Below, piece after piece: positions 55,321 to 64,000 of a stretch of 64,000 nucleotides of DNA. Made by a program: the position numbers and the translations under genes. The first letter of the stretch is position 1. Each line of letters begins with the position of its first letter. Under the pieces are notes generated by a model. The model was not told the DNA's origin. It made no database searches and saw only the letters and a list, made by a program, of their open reading frames with translations. Origin of the DNA: Myxococcota bacterium (GTDB lineage Bacteria; Myxococcota_A; Polyangia; Polyangiales; Houyiibacteriaceae); contig JAHDCI010000004.1 of NCBI GenBank assembly GCA_020629955.1, forward strand, positions 11,868 through 75,867. The letters run 5' to 3'.

Positions 55321-58300
55321 GTGAGTATTTCGCTTTTTCGACGCTTTCTCTTTTCCGCGCTCCTATGCGCTTCTTTCCTCGCCGGCTGCGGCGGCGATGA
55401 CGATGGCTGCATGGGGGATGAATGCATGCAGCCAGAGCACTGCAGCAACGGTGTTCAAGATGAAGACGAGACCGATCTGGACTGCGGCGGCGGCTGCGGG
55501 GCATCGTGCGAAGCCCGGCAGTTCTGCAGCGATTCGGACGATTGCGCGACTGGCGTTTGCCACGAGACAGCTCTCTTCTGTGTCGCGATGCATTGCGCCA
55601 GCGGAAGCGCCGATGGCGATGAGTCGGATGTGGACTGCGGCGGAAGCTGCCTTGGTTGCGATGCGGGGCTTGCATGCGACGGCCCAGACGATTGTCTGAA
55701 TGGAGTCTGCGGCGTGAACGGTCTCTGCTTGCCCGTGACCTGCACGGACGGCTCTCAAAACGAAGACGAGACCGATCTGGATTGCGGCGGCGAGACCTGC
55801 GACCCCTGCTTCCCGGAGCAGATGTGCAACACCGCCGATGACTGCATTGAATCGGTTTGCGATGATGGAATCTGCGCGTTCCCGCGCTGCGACGATGGCG
55901 TCCTCAATGGCCTTGAAACCGCGGTCGATTGCGATGGCGACTGCTTGCCCTGTTCCTGTCAGAACGAAGTGATGGACAACGATGAGGTCGACGTGGACTG
56001 CGGCGGCTCCTGCGATGGCTGCGATATTGGGCAGAACTGCAACACCTTCGACGATTGCGCGAGCGCCGTGTGCAGCCAGGTCTTTGGCTGTATCCCCGAG
56101 ACTTGCGCGGACCTTGAGCGCAACGGCGACGAAACCGACGTAGACTGTGGCGGCTCCTGCGATCGCTGCGGCGCGGATTTCATGTGCGGGGATGATGACG
56201 ACTGCGATTCCCGCGATTGCGATGGCGGCATCTGTGCGGCCCCGCGATGCGACGACGGATTCCAGAACGGCGATGAAGAGGGAATCGACTGCGGTGGAAG
56301 CTGCGCACTTGCCTGCTCTTGCATCGACGAAACGATGAACGGCGACGAGACCGACGTGGACTGCGGCGGTTCGTGCGCACCTTGCGACGATGGCGCCGCC
56401 TGCGGCGTTCCCGGAGACTGTGCGAGCGAGATCTGCCTCGGCGGAAGCTGTCGTCCCGAGACTTGCCGCGACGGCATGATGAACGATGGTGAGACCGACG
56501 TGGACTGCGGCGGCCCCTGCGCGGTGTGCGCGGACGGTGCGATGTGCGGCGATGCGGACGACTGCCGCTCTGGCGTTTGCTCGGGAAGCACCTGTGCCGC
56601 TGCAAGCTGCGACGACGGCGTACAGAACGGTTTCGAAGGAGACGTGGACTGTGGCGGTGATTGCGCGCCTTGCTCCGATGGTCAGGGCTGCGTCGTCGAT
56701 ACCGACTGCGAGTCGATCAACTGCGAAGCCGGCACCTGCCGCAGCCTCAGCTGTGACGACGGTATTCAGAATGGTGATGAAACGGCGGTCGACTGTGGCG
56801 GTAGCTGCGGGAGCTGTTTCCCGGCGCACTGCGATAGCGGCTCCATGGATGGCGACGAGATCGCGGCCGACTGTGGCGGAAGCTGCCTTGGCTGCGCCGC
56901 CGGCGTCGCGTGCACGGACAACGCAGACTGCGCGAGCGGCCTTTGCACCGGCGATGTCTGCACCGCACCCACGTGCGCCGATGGTGCCCGAGCGGACACC
57001 GAGGGCGACGTCGATTGTGGCGGGAGCTGCCCGGCCTGCACCGGCGGCGCGAGCTGCACCGAGGACGATCAGTGTGCCACCGGACGTTGTGTCTCGGGAA
57101 CCTGTCTCGGCGGACCTCTCGCCTCGTTCACGCTTTCACGTGACGGAGCGACTGGCCTCGACGTCGTCGCCACCTCCCACGCCCGCGCTGGAGAGAGCCC
57201 CATCGCGCAGGTGCTCTTCGATTTCGGCGATGGGTTCGGTGCTGACGCGATCGGCACCTACACGAGCGCTGGCGTCTACACCGTTCGGCAGCGCGTTCGC
57301 GACGAAGCCGGCGTGCAATCGGACGCAACGCTTCGGGTTCGCGTACGCGACTTCGATCCGCGAATCGAACGCGCCTCGGCGACCGATACCGTGCTCCTTG
57401 GACGCGACGATCTCAGCTTCTCGCTGACCGACTCGTTCGCGGCGGGTTCGGCGCGCTCCATCGAGACCATCGAACCGGGCACGGGCGTCTTCTACATGGA
57501 GGCCGAGTGGTTTGGTCCCGCAGGGGCGTTCGGCTTTGGTATTGCAACGGAAGCACACACGCTCGGCTCGTTCATTGGCGGCGACGGTCAATCCCTTGGC
57601 GTCGATGCCGGCGGCTCCGTGACGTATAACGGTTCCTACCAAGGCGGCTCACGCGTCCGCGGCACACACTCCGCGATGGTCATCGACTACCGCGGCGCGA
57701 GCCCGATCGTTCACGTTTGGCATGACCTGATGGAGCCTCCGACGAGCGTGATGATGACTTCGGTTACGACCGCCATTCACTTTGTCGTGGGTGGTGGACG
57801 AACGGCCATCGGTGAGCTGATGCGTCTCAATGTGGGTCGCGACCGAACAAACTTCCCCTTCCACTACAACCCCGCGGCGGTCCTCGCGGCAAACAGCATC
57901 ACGGCGCCCGGTTTGCAGCTTGGATTTGGTGGTCAGGGCGCGCTTCCCGCGGATGCCGCGCCGACCATCGCGGCGGACGCGAGCGCGAGCACGACTCTTG
58001 GCACGCCCGTGGATCTCTCCGCCATCGCAAACGACGCGGAAGACGGCAATATCTCCCACAGCATTGAGTGGCAAAACCTGTCGGCGACCTTTAACGATCG
58101 TCAGGCGTGGTATGGACCGAACCTTCGTTTTGACCCGCCGACCATTGGTCTTCACCGCATTCGCCTTCGCGTTTACGATAGCGCGGGCCAGCTCGCTGAG
58201 CGCGTCATTCGGGTTCAGGTTTCGGGTGAACTTGAGCAGTTCGAAACCGTTCGTTTCATCGAAGAAGAGACCACGGGCGAAGGCATCGTGATCGATGATG

Positions 58301-58812
58301 AGGGGCTACGCGTTCGCTTCACCGCGTTTAAGAAAGCAGGCATTCGCGCGAACCAGGCGATCATCGATGGCTTCCATTACTTCGAGGCGCGCCGCGAAGG
58401 GGATTCGACCGCACAGGGCGTCGGCATCGTCACGCCCTTCGGTGATCTCGACCCCTACGCGCAGCGTATCGTGCCGTGGTCCTGTAGCGCGCAGGTGCTC
58501 GGTGGTCTCTGGCGAAACTTCATCCTCACGGACGAGTGGAGCACCGGCGAGCGCGATGTTGGCATTGCGGTCGACTACCGTGGCGAATACCCGATCGTGT
58601 ATTTCATCGTCGCGAACGAGGTTGCTCTCGAGCTCCACATGGAAGAGATCACCGTGCCGGTTCACCCGATGCTCTACGGTCAGCCGCCCGCATTCTCGGG
58701 TTGGCAGTGGCGCGGCAACTTCGGCGAGACCGAGTTCGGAAACGATCCGGTCGCCGCGCTTACCGCGCACGGCGTCGACGCGTCGGAGCTCCAGCAGAGC
58801 TGGGGGCGGTAG
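55321..58812 (+). CDS. Large secreted lipoprotein: 13 Cys-rich repeats, PKD-like Ig domains and two SPRY/concanavalin-like domains
   Basis: The GTG at 55321 gives MSISLFRRFLFSALLCASFLAGC.
- There are 13 (E/D)xDxDCGGxC cores.
- FDFGDG...YTVRQRVRDEAG is PKD-like.
- GVFYMEAEW...GFGIAT...SLGVDAGGSVTYNG and GFHYFEARR...GVGIVTP are SPRY-like. Confidence 0.8.
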   Translation: MSISLFRRFLFSALLCASFLAGCGGDDDGCMGDECMQPEHCSNGVQDEDETDLDCGGGCGASCEARQFCSDSDDCATGVCHETALFCVAMHCASGSADGDESDVDCGGSCLGCDAGLACDGPDDCLNGVCGVNGLCLPVTCTDGSQNEDETDLDCGGETCDPCFPEQMCNTADDCIESVCDDGICAFPRCDDGVLNGLETAVDCDGDCLPCSCQNEVMDNDEVDVDCGGSCDGCDIGQNCNTFDDCASAVCSQVFGCIPETCADLERNGDETDVDCGGSCDRCGADFMCGDDDDCDSRDCDGGICAAPRCDDGFQNGDEEGIDCGGSCALACSCIDETMNGDETDVDCGGSCAPCDDGAACGVPGDCASEICLGGSCRPETCRDGMMNDGETDVDCGGPCAVCADGAMCGDADDCRSGVCSGSTCAAASCDDGVQNGFEGDVDCGGDCAPCSDGQGCVVDTDCESINCEAGTCRSLSCDDGIQNGDETAVDCGGSCGSCFPAHCDSGSMDGDEIAADCGGSCLGCAAGVACTDNADCASGLCTGDVCTAPTCADGARADTEGDVDCGGSCPACTGGASCTEDDQCATGRCVSGTCLGGPLASFTLSRDGATGLDVVATSHARAGESPIAQVLFDFGDGFGADAIGTYTSAGVYTVRQRVRDEAGVQSDATLRVRVRDFDPRIERASATDTVLLGRDDLSFSLTDSFAAGSARSIETIEPGTGVFYMEAEWFGPAGAFGFGIATEAHTLGSFIGGDGQSLGVDAGGSVTYNGSYQGGSRVRGTHSAMVIDYRGASPIVHVWHDLMEPPTSVMMTSVTTAIHFVVGGGRTAIGELMRLNVGRDRTNFPFHYNPAAVLAANSITAPGLQLGFGGQGALPADAAPTIAADASASTTLGTPVDLSAIANDAEDGNISHSIEWQNLSATFNDRQAWYGPNLRFDPPTIGLHRIRLRVYDSAGQLAERVIRVQVSGELEQFETVRFIEEETTGEGIVIDDEGLRVRFTAFKKAGIRANQAIIDGFHYFEARREGDSTAQGVGIVTPFGDLDPYAQRIVPWSCSAQVLGGLWRNFILTDEWSTGERDVGIAVDYRGEYPIVYFIVANEVALELHMEEITVPVHPMLYGQPPAFSGWQWRGNFGETEFGNDPVAALTAHGVDASELQQSWGR

Positions 58813-58818
58813 GCCCTT

Positions 58819-60261
58819 TTGCGCTTCGCGATCGCGGCAGGCGATCCTCAGACAGCGCGCGCCGGTCTTGAGATCCTCGAGGCCGGCGGCAGCGCCGTGG
58901 ACGCCGTGGTCGCGGCGGGGCTCGCTTCGTTTGTGGCGGAGCCGCTGCTCTCCAGCGCAGGGGGCGGAGGTCTCTTGGTGTGCACGGATGAGACGGGGGC
59001 GGGTCATGCGCTCGACTTCTTCCCGAATATGCCCATCGCGGAGGATCGTCCGAGCACCTTTGTCGAAGTCCCGATCGATTTCGGGGAGACCATTCAGAGC
59101 TTTCATGTCGGCCGAGGCAGCGTCGCGGTCCCGACGGCCTTAAGCGGTCTCGGCGAGGCCCATCGACGCTTCGGTTCCCTGCCCCTCTCGGAGCTGGTGC
59201 AGCCCGCCGCTTTGCTCGCCCGAGAAGGAGCGATCGTCTCCGAAGCGAGCGCGAATGTCTTCTCCTTGCTTTGGCCGATCAACCTACGAGATCCCGAATG
59301 CGCAGCGGTCTATTCAAGCGACGGGAATCCGCCGCCCGAGCGGGCGCGGCTTCGCATGCCGAAGCTCTCCGAAACGTTCTCAGCATTCGCCGAAGAAGGG
59401 GATCTGCCATCGGCGCTTCGCGAACAGGTCTTGCGCGAGTTCGGCCGCGCTGCGGGAGGTGTTCTTTCGCGTGATGATTTCGATCGGGCCAAACCCCGGT
59501 GGCTCCCGGCTCGATCGTTTTCGCTCGGTGATTCGATCGTCCTGACCTCTCCTCGTATCGGCGGGGAGTTGGTACAGACGATCACAGAGGCGCTTCCCAA
59601 ATCGCTACCGAAGGCCCCACAAGATCAACTTCGCGCGATCGCGGAAGCCTGTCGTCATGGCGACCGTCGCCGTCAAGATTCGCTGCTCGGCGGAACGACA
59701 CATATCAGCGCGATCGACTCAATCGGGCGTGCGGCTTCACTGACCCTGACCAATGGCGAAGGCGCCGGTCACGTGATCTCCGGCACCGAGATTCAGCTGA
59801 ATAACTTCCTCGGCGAAGCGGATCTTCACCCCGCGGGGTTCTTCAATACGCCGGGAGGAACACCGCTACCCACCATGATGGCGCCTACGATTGCGACGTC
59901 GGAGCGCGGCACGTTGGTGCTCGGCAGTGGCGGCGCCAATCGAATCCGCAGCGTGGTCTCGCAGGTTCTTTGGCGCGCGATGATGCTGAACGTGCCTCTT
60001 GGCGAAGCGATCCTCGAACCTCGGGTTCACGCAGAGGAGCGCGACGGCGGCGTCTCCTGGTTCGAAGCGACGGCCGCGTTCGAGGCTCTCAATGCGAACA
60101 TCCCGGGATTTTCGGAGGTCACGCCATTTCCGCGCCGGGCGTTTTTCTTCGGGGGGGTTCACGCCGTTTGGCGCTCCGGAGAGACCGCTCTCGCGTGCGC
60201 GGATGCGCGTCGTGGCGGCGCCGGTTTCACGGACGCATCGTTGCTCGGCCCAACATTGTGA
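58819..60261 (+). CDS. Gamma-glutamyltransferase family protein (no signal peptide)
   Basis: GGSAVDAVVAAG, the catalytic-Thr context GGTTHISAID and the downstream GGANRI pattern. TTG start. Confidence 0.8.
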   Translation: MRFAIAAGDPQTARAGLEILEAGGSAVDAVVAAGLASFVAEPLLSSAGGGGLLVCTDETGAGHALDFFPNMPIAEDRPSTFVEVPIDFGETIQSFHVGRGSVAVPTALSGLGEAHRRFGSLPLSELVQPAALLAREGAIVSEASANVFSLLWPINLRDPECAAVYSSDGNPPPERARLRMPKLSETFSAFAEEGDLPSALREQVLREFGRAAGGVLSRDDFDRAKPRWLPARSFSLGDSIVLTSPRIGGELVQTITEALPKSLPKAPQDQLRAIAEACRHGDRRRQDSLLGGTTHISAIDSIGRAASLTLTNGEGAGHVISGTEIQLNNFLGEADLHPAGFFNTPGGTPLPTMMAPTIATSERGTLVLGSGGANRIRSVVSQVLWRAMMLNVPLGEAILEPRVHAEERDGGVSWFEATAAFEALNANIPGFSEVTPFPRRAFFFGGVHAVWRSGETALACADARRGGAGFTDASLLGPTL

Positions 60262-60450
60262 TCACTTACCAATGCTGCACCCCGGCGGAGCCCTCGGCGG
60301 CTGCTGGATGCGAAGAAGCAAGCGGTGGTTCCAATGAAGATGTCACTTCGTATTGCTGCACTGGGACCCCGTAAGCGTTTTCATGTGGCGGATCGGTGCC
60401 GTGGTCGGTCCTGAAGTTGGAGCTCGTCGCGACCTCGGTTGAGCTTGAAA

Positions 60451-61440
60451 TCAGCGGAACTCTTCGGCGATTTCGTGGGCGTTGACTCGCGCGACCGGCT
60501 CGGGGAGTAGGGCTTGGTACGCCGCGCAGGTGTAGAGCGCGAGCATTGTCTGAAGCATTGGAATCCCAAAGGCTTGGGTGAAGGCGACGCCGCGGAGCGC
60601 GGGAAGCTCGTCTTCTGGTGTCAGTATGAGCTCGGGCGTCGCGAACATTCCGACCACCATCGCAGCGACGAAGAAGACCAAAAACCCCGCGGTGAGTACA
60701 AGGGCTGCTCCGCAAAAGAGCCGCACCTTGGAGCCGTTGGCGAGCGATTGACAGCGTTCCCAGAATGGGCCGTTCGCTCCCGCTTCGCACACCGATACGG
60801 AGACGGCCAGCATCAAGAAGGAAGCTGCCCAAATCCCGGGAATAAGAAGAAGAACACACGCGAGTCCGATGAGGATGCTCGCGAGGTAGTTCGTTCCAAT
60901 CCCGCGGGGCGTGGCCGAAAGTGCCCGAGCGGCAACCTCTGCGCCATTCCATCGACGAAGCTCTCCAAGCGCATCGTGTGAGTGCACTCCGAGATGCACC
61001 CTTCGATCGATATGGATCCCGGCAGCGATCAAGCTGGTCGTAATCCCCGCGAAGAGCCCTTCAACGAAGGCAGGGATATCATTCGCGCCCTCGTACCACG
61101 CGTCGATTGCTTGAAAGTCGGCGGGTACGCGAAACGCCGAAAAGAGCGTCCAAAACGATGGAATCAACTGAGAGACGAAGATGGCTGCGAGAAGATAAAG
61201 TGGTCTCCTTCGAATGAAGCCAAAGGCGATGGAGGCGACCTTGAGGGGACTCAGCTTCGGACGCGGCGTATTCCAGCTCTCGCTCGCGCTTGGCAGAACA
61301 AACGCCCCACGGCCATCGAGAGGTGTTGCAAATGGCTCTGCGCGCATGCCCGGTTTCTCTTCTTCCGGAGATCTCGTCGCGTCCACGGATGGAGCGTCTG
61401 CGCCAGTTGACGGCTCCCTGAGCTCTTCTCGATCGCTCAT
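60451..61440 (-). CDS. Polytopic membrane protein, hypothetical
   Basis: ATG with a GAGGTGAGGG SD. A disordered N-terminus is followed by about 6 TM helices. Confidence 0.6.
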   Translation of the reverse strand: MSDREELREPSTGADAPSVDATRSPEEEKPGMRAEPFATPLDGRGAFVLPSASESWNTPRPKLSPLKVASIAFGFIRRRPLYLLAAIFVSQLIPSFWTLFSAFRVPADFQAIDAWYEGANDIPAFVEGLFAGITTSLIAAGIHIDRRVHLGVHSHDALGELRRWNGAEVAARALSATPRGIGTNYLASILIGLACVLLLIPGIWAASFLMLAVSVSVCEAGANGPFWERCQSLANGSKVRLFCGAALVLTAGFLVFFVAAMVVGMFATPELILTPEDELPALRGVAFTQAFGIPMLQTMLALYTCAAYQALLPEPVARVNAHEIAEEFR

Positions 61441-61992
61441 CCCTCACCTCGATTTTGTTTCGCACACCCCTTGTGCGTGATGTGAGAATAGACGGATGTC
61501 GCTTCGTTTGGAGCGAAAATCGCGCAAGCGCCCGGTTTTGCGCAAAACCATCGTAGCTTTGTATCACCTTTGACATTCGTTTGAGCAAGGCCTCTTACCC
61601 AGGTGTTTCACAGCTGATATCAGGGACACGAGTCTCCAGTTTGATCTTCCGGTCGGAGTGTTTTGATTTCCCGTCAAGGCGGGGTCGCGGGATCGCGAAT
61701 CCTCTTCGCTTTTGAGTTCCAGGGCTGCTCGATTTGGGAAGGGCGATCTCTTCGAAAGCTGAAAGTGCCAAATCGAATGCGATCGCACGCGATCTCCAAG
61801 GGATCCAGGCGAGATTCTCAAAACGTGAACCAAGCTCTGTGGAACATGACGCGACGCAGCATCCCCCAAGCCTTGACGGACCACATTTGGCCACCTAGGG
61901 TCCGGCTTGCTAGCGCTTGAACGGGGTCGGTTTCGACTGGCGATTCCCTTCCTCTGACGGGGCTCCTTTTGGGCGTAGCTGGAGGAAATTCG

Positions 61993-63129
61993 ATGCAGAC
62001 CCAGACTCAGGTCGTACCCATTCGTACCCCGGAACAATCGAGCGGAGATGATATCCCGACGGTGCTTCAGCCCGACGGAACGCTCAACGAAGCGCACGAT
62101 CCGAAGCTCGAACTGAGCGAAGTGCTCGACCTCTACAAAGCGATGGTTCGCACGCGCGTGATCGATGGCCAGCTCGAGCGTCTTCAGCGTCAGGGCCGAA
62201 TCGGTTTCCACATCGGCTCGCTCGGTGAAGAAGCCTGCATCATCGGTTCCGCCGCCGCGATGCGCGAGCAGGATTGGATCTTCCCTTGCTACCGCGAGTT
62301 CGGCGCGCTTCTCTGGCGCGGCTTCCCGCTTCAGTCCTACGTCGACAATATGTACGGCAACGTGGACGACGTGGTTCAAGGCCGGCAGATGCCCGACCAT
62401 TACACGGGTCGCCCCTACCGCTTCGGTTCGGTCAGCTCGCCGATCGGCACGCAGATCACGCAGGCCGTCGGCTTCTCGTGGGCGGCCATGAGCAAGGGCA
62501 GCGATGAAGTCTCCAGCGTGTATTTCGGCGAAGGCGCGACGAGCAGCAGCGAGTTCCACACCGGCCTGAACTTTGGCGGCGTCATGAACTCGCCGACCAT
62601 CTTCCTCTGCCGTAACAACCGCTGGGCCATCAGCGTGCCGAGCGAAAAGCAGACGGCCTCGGAATCCTTCGCGGCCAAGGGCATCGCCTACGGCGTCCCC
62701 GGCGTGCAGGTCGACGGCAACGATGTTCTCGCAACGTACAAGGTCGTGCGCGAAGCGGTTGAGAAGGCTGCGAAGGGCGGCGGACCGACGCTCATCGAGA
62801 TGCTCACCTACCGCGTTGGCGGTCACTCCACGTCGGACGATCCGCGCGCCTACCGCGTGCAGGACGAGGTCGAGCGTTGGCGCAAGACCGACCCGATCCT
62901 CCGCATGAAGCTCCACCTCGAGAAGATCGACGCGTGGAACGAAGAGCAGGACGAAGCGTTTAAGAAGGAATGCGAAGCGGAGCTCAAGGCGTGCATCAAG
63001 GCCGCCGAGGCGAAGGAAAAGCCGCCGCTTGAGACGATGTTCGACGGCGTCTTTGCAGAGAAGCCCTGGCACCTCGAAGAGCAGCAGGCAGAACTTCTTT
63101 CTGGCCCCCGCGCCAAGGACCACCACTGA
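61993..63129 (+). CDS. TPP-dependent 2-oxoacid (branched-chain/pyruvate) dehydrogenase E1 alpha subunit
   Basis: The ATG at 61993 has a GGAGGA SD. YREFGALLWRG, GEGATSSSEFHTGLNFG (TPP motif) and YRVGGHSTSDDP are present. Confidence 0.9.
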   Translation: MQTQTQVVPIRTPEQSSGDDIPTVLQPDGTLNEAHDPKLELSEVLDLYKAMVRTRVIDGQLERLQRQGRIGFHIGSLGEEACIIGSAAAMREQDWIFPCYREFGALLWRGFPLQSYVDNMYGNVDDVVQGRQMPDHYTGRPYRFGSVSSPIGTQITQAVGFSWAAMSKGSDEVSSVYFGEGATSSSEFHTGLNFGGVMNSPTIFLCRNNRWAISVPSEKQTASESFAAKGIAYGVPGVQVDGNDVLATYKVVREAVEKAAKGGGPTLIEMLTYRVGGHSTSDDPRAYRVQDEVERWRKTDPILRMKLHLEKIDAWNEEQDEAFKKECEAELKACIKAAEAKEKPPLETMFDGVFAEKPWHLEEQQAELLSGPRAKDHH

Positions 63130-63152
63130 GCTGAAGCTCGGGAGATTTCAAA

Positions 63153-64000
63153 ATGGCTGAAATGAACTTGGTACAGGCGATCAACGGCGCGCTCGCGTCG
63201 GAGATGCGACAGAACAACGACGTGGTGGTGCTCGGCGAAGACGTCGGCAAAGTCGGCGGCGTTTTCCGCGTCACGCAGGGGCTCTACGATGAGTTCGGCG
63301 AAAACCGCGTCATCGACACCCCGCTCGCCGAAGGCGGCATCATCGGCACCGCGGTCGGCATGGCGCTCTACGGGCTCCGCCCCGTCCCTGAGATTCAGTT
63401 CGCGGATTTCATCTTCCCCGCGTTCGACCAGATCGTCAGCGAAGTGGCGAAGTTCCGCTACCGCAGCGGCGGCGAGTACACCTGCCCGATGGTCATCCGT
63501 ACGCCCGTCGGCGGCGGCATCCGCGGCGGCCACTACCATTCGCAATCGCCCGAGTCGCTCTTCATTCATACGGCTGGCCTGAAGGTCGTTTGCCCGAGCA
63601 ACCCCTACGACGCGAAGGGGCTTCTGCTCTCCGCGATCCGTGACGACGACCCGGTGCTCTTCTTCGAGCCGAAGCGTGTTTACCGCGCGGTGAAGGCCGA
63701 GGTGCCGGAAGAGGATTATACGATTCCGATCGGCAAGGCGAAGGTTGTCCGCGAAGGCAATGACGTCACCGTCGTCGCCTGGGGAGCGATGCTCTTTGAA
63801 GCACTCGCGAGCGCGACCGAAGTCGCTGAGCAGGGCGTCGACGCCGAGGTCATCGACCTTCGTACGCTCTGGCCGGTGGACATCGATTCCATCGTTGAGA
63901 GCGTCAAGAAGACGGGCCGTCTCGTCATCGTTCACGAGGCCCCGAAGGCCTGCGGATTTGGCGCCGAGCTTCTCTCGCTCGCGGTCGAGAAGTGCTTCGT
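63153..64000 (+). CDS. 2-oxoacid dehydrogenase E1 beta subunit (partial, continues past the window end)
   Basis: ATG at 63153 with GGGAGA upstream. I translated [65 protein letters not shown]... The frame is open to the end of the window. It is not in the ORF track because no stop lies in the window. Confidence 0.9.
   Translation, partial: MAEMNLVQAINGALASEMRQNNDVVVLGEDVGKVGGVFRVTQGLYDEFGENRVIDTPLAEGGIIGTAVGMALYGLRPVPEIQFADFIFPAFDQIVSEVAKFRYRSGGEYTCPMVIRTPVGGGIRGGHYHSQSPESLFIHTAGLKVVCPSNPYDAKGLLLSAIRDDDPVLFFEPKRVYRAVKAEVPEEDYTIPIGKAKVVREGNDVTVVAWGAMLFEALASATEVAEQGVDAEVIDLRTLWPVDIDSIVESVKKTGRLVIVHEAPKACGFGAELLSLAVEKCF

Noticed and set aside
1-64000. I scanned for CRISPR arrays, tRNA/rRNA/tmRNA genes, IS elements, integrases and prophage structural genes.
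   Set aside because: I saw no regularly spaced direct repeats with spacers. No T-loop/acceptor-stem signatures occur outside coding regions. No transposase- or integrase-like ORFs are present. A by-eye scan cannot exclude small or degenerate elements.

Overview
About 60% GC chromosomal segment. By eye it resembles a Myxococcota/Bradymonadota-type (delta-proteobacterial) lineage: it has many lipobox lipoproteins with acidic D/A/S/T-rich linkers, PEGA and TPR proteins, two Hanks-type Ser/Thr kinases, an ECF sigma/anti-sigma pair and Cys-rich repeat exoproteins. The housekeeping anchors are ftsK, aspS, pdxH and E1 alpha/beta of a 2-oxoacid dehydrogenase; the beta gene runs off the 3' end. I found no rRNA, tRNA, CRISPR array, transposase, integrase or clear prophage. 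The least explained signal is non-coding: a 240-280 nt intergenic element in three copies (10901-11181 +, 27055-27341 +, 39121-39362 -). It has conserved, nested, mutually complementary blocks, one compensatory base-pair change between copies, and an SD+ATG mini-ORF at the 3' end of two copies. It matches no RNA family I recognise and has no mobility gene nearby, so I treat it as a candidate new structured RNA or mobile RNA-like repeat. Secondary items are listed below.
- A tandem triplication of a lipoprotein family beside the ECF sigma pair.
- A 1164-aa Cys-repeat/PKD/SPRY-like lipoprotein.
- A cupredoxin-tailed Cys-rich lipoprotein.
- A frame-split CxxC mini-gene upstream of a Fur-family gene.
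- A three-gene module of paralogous membrane PH-like proteins.
- Several repeat- or palindrome-rich long intergenic regions.
All functions are inferred from motifs read by eye; no database search was possible. Several start codons are uncertain because the ORF track uses GTG/TTG starts.
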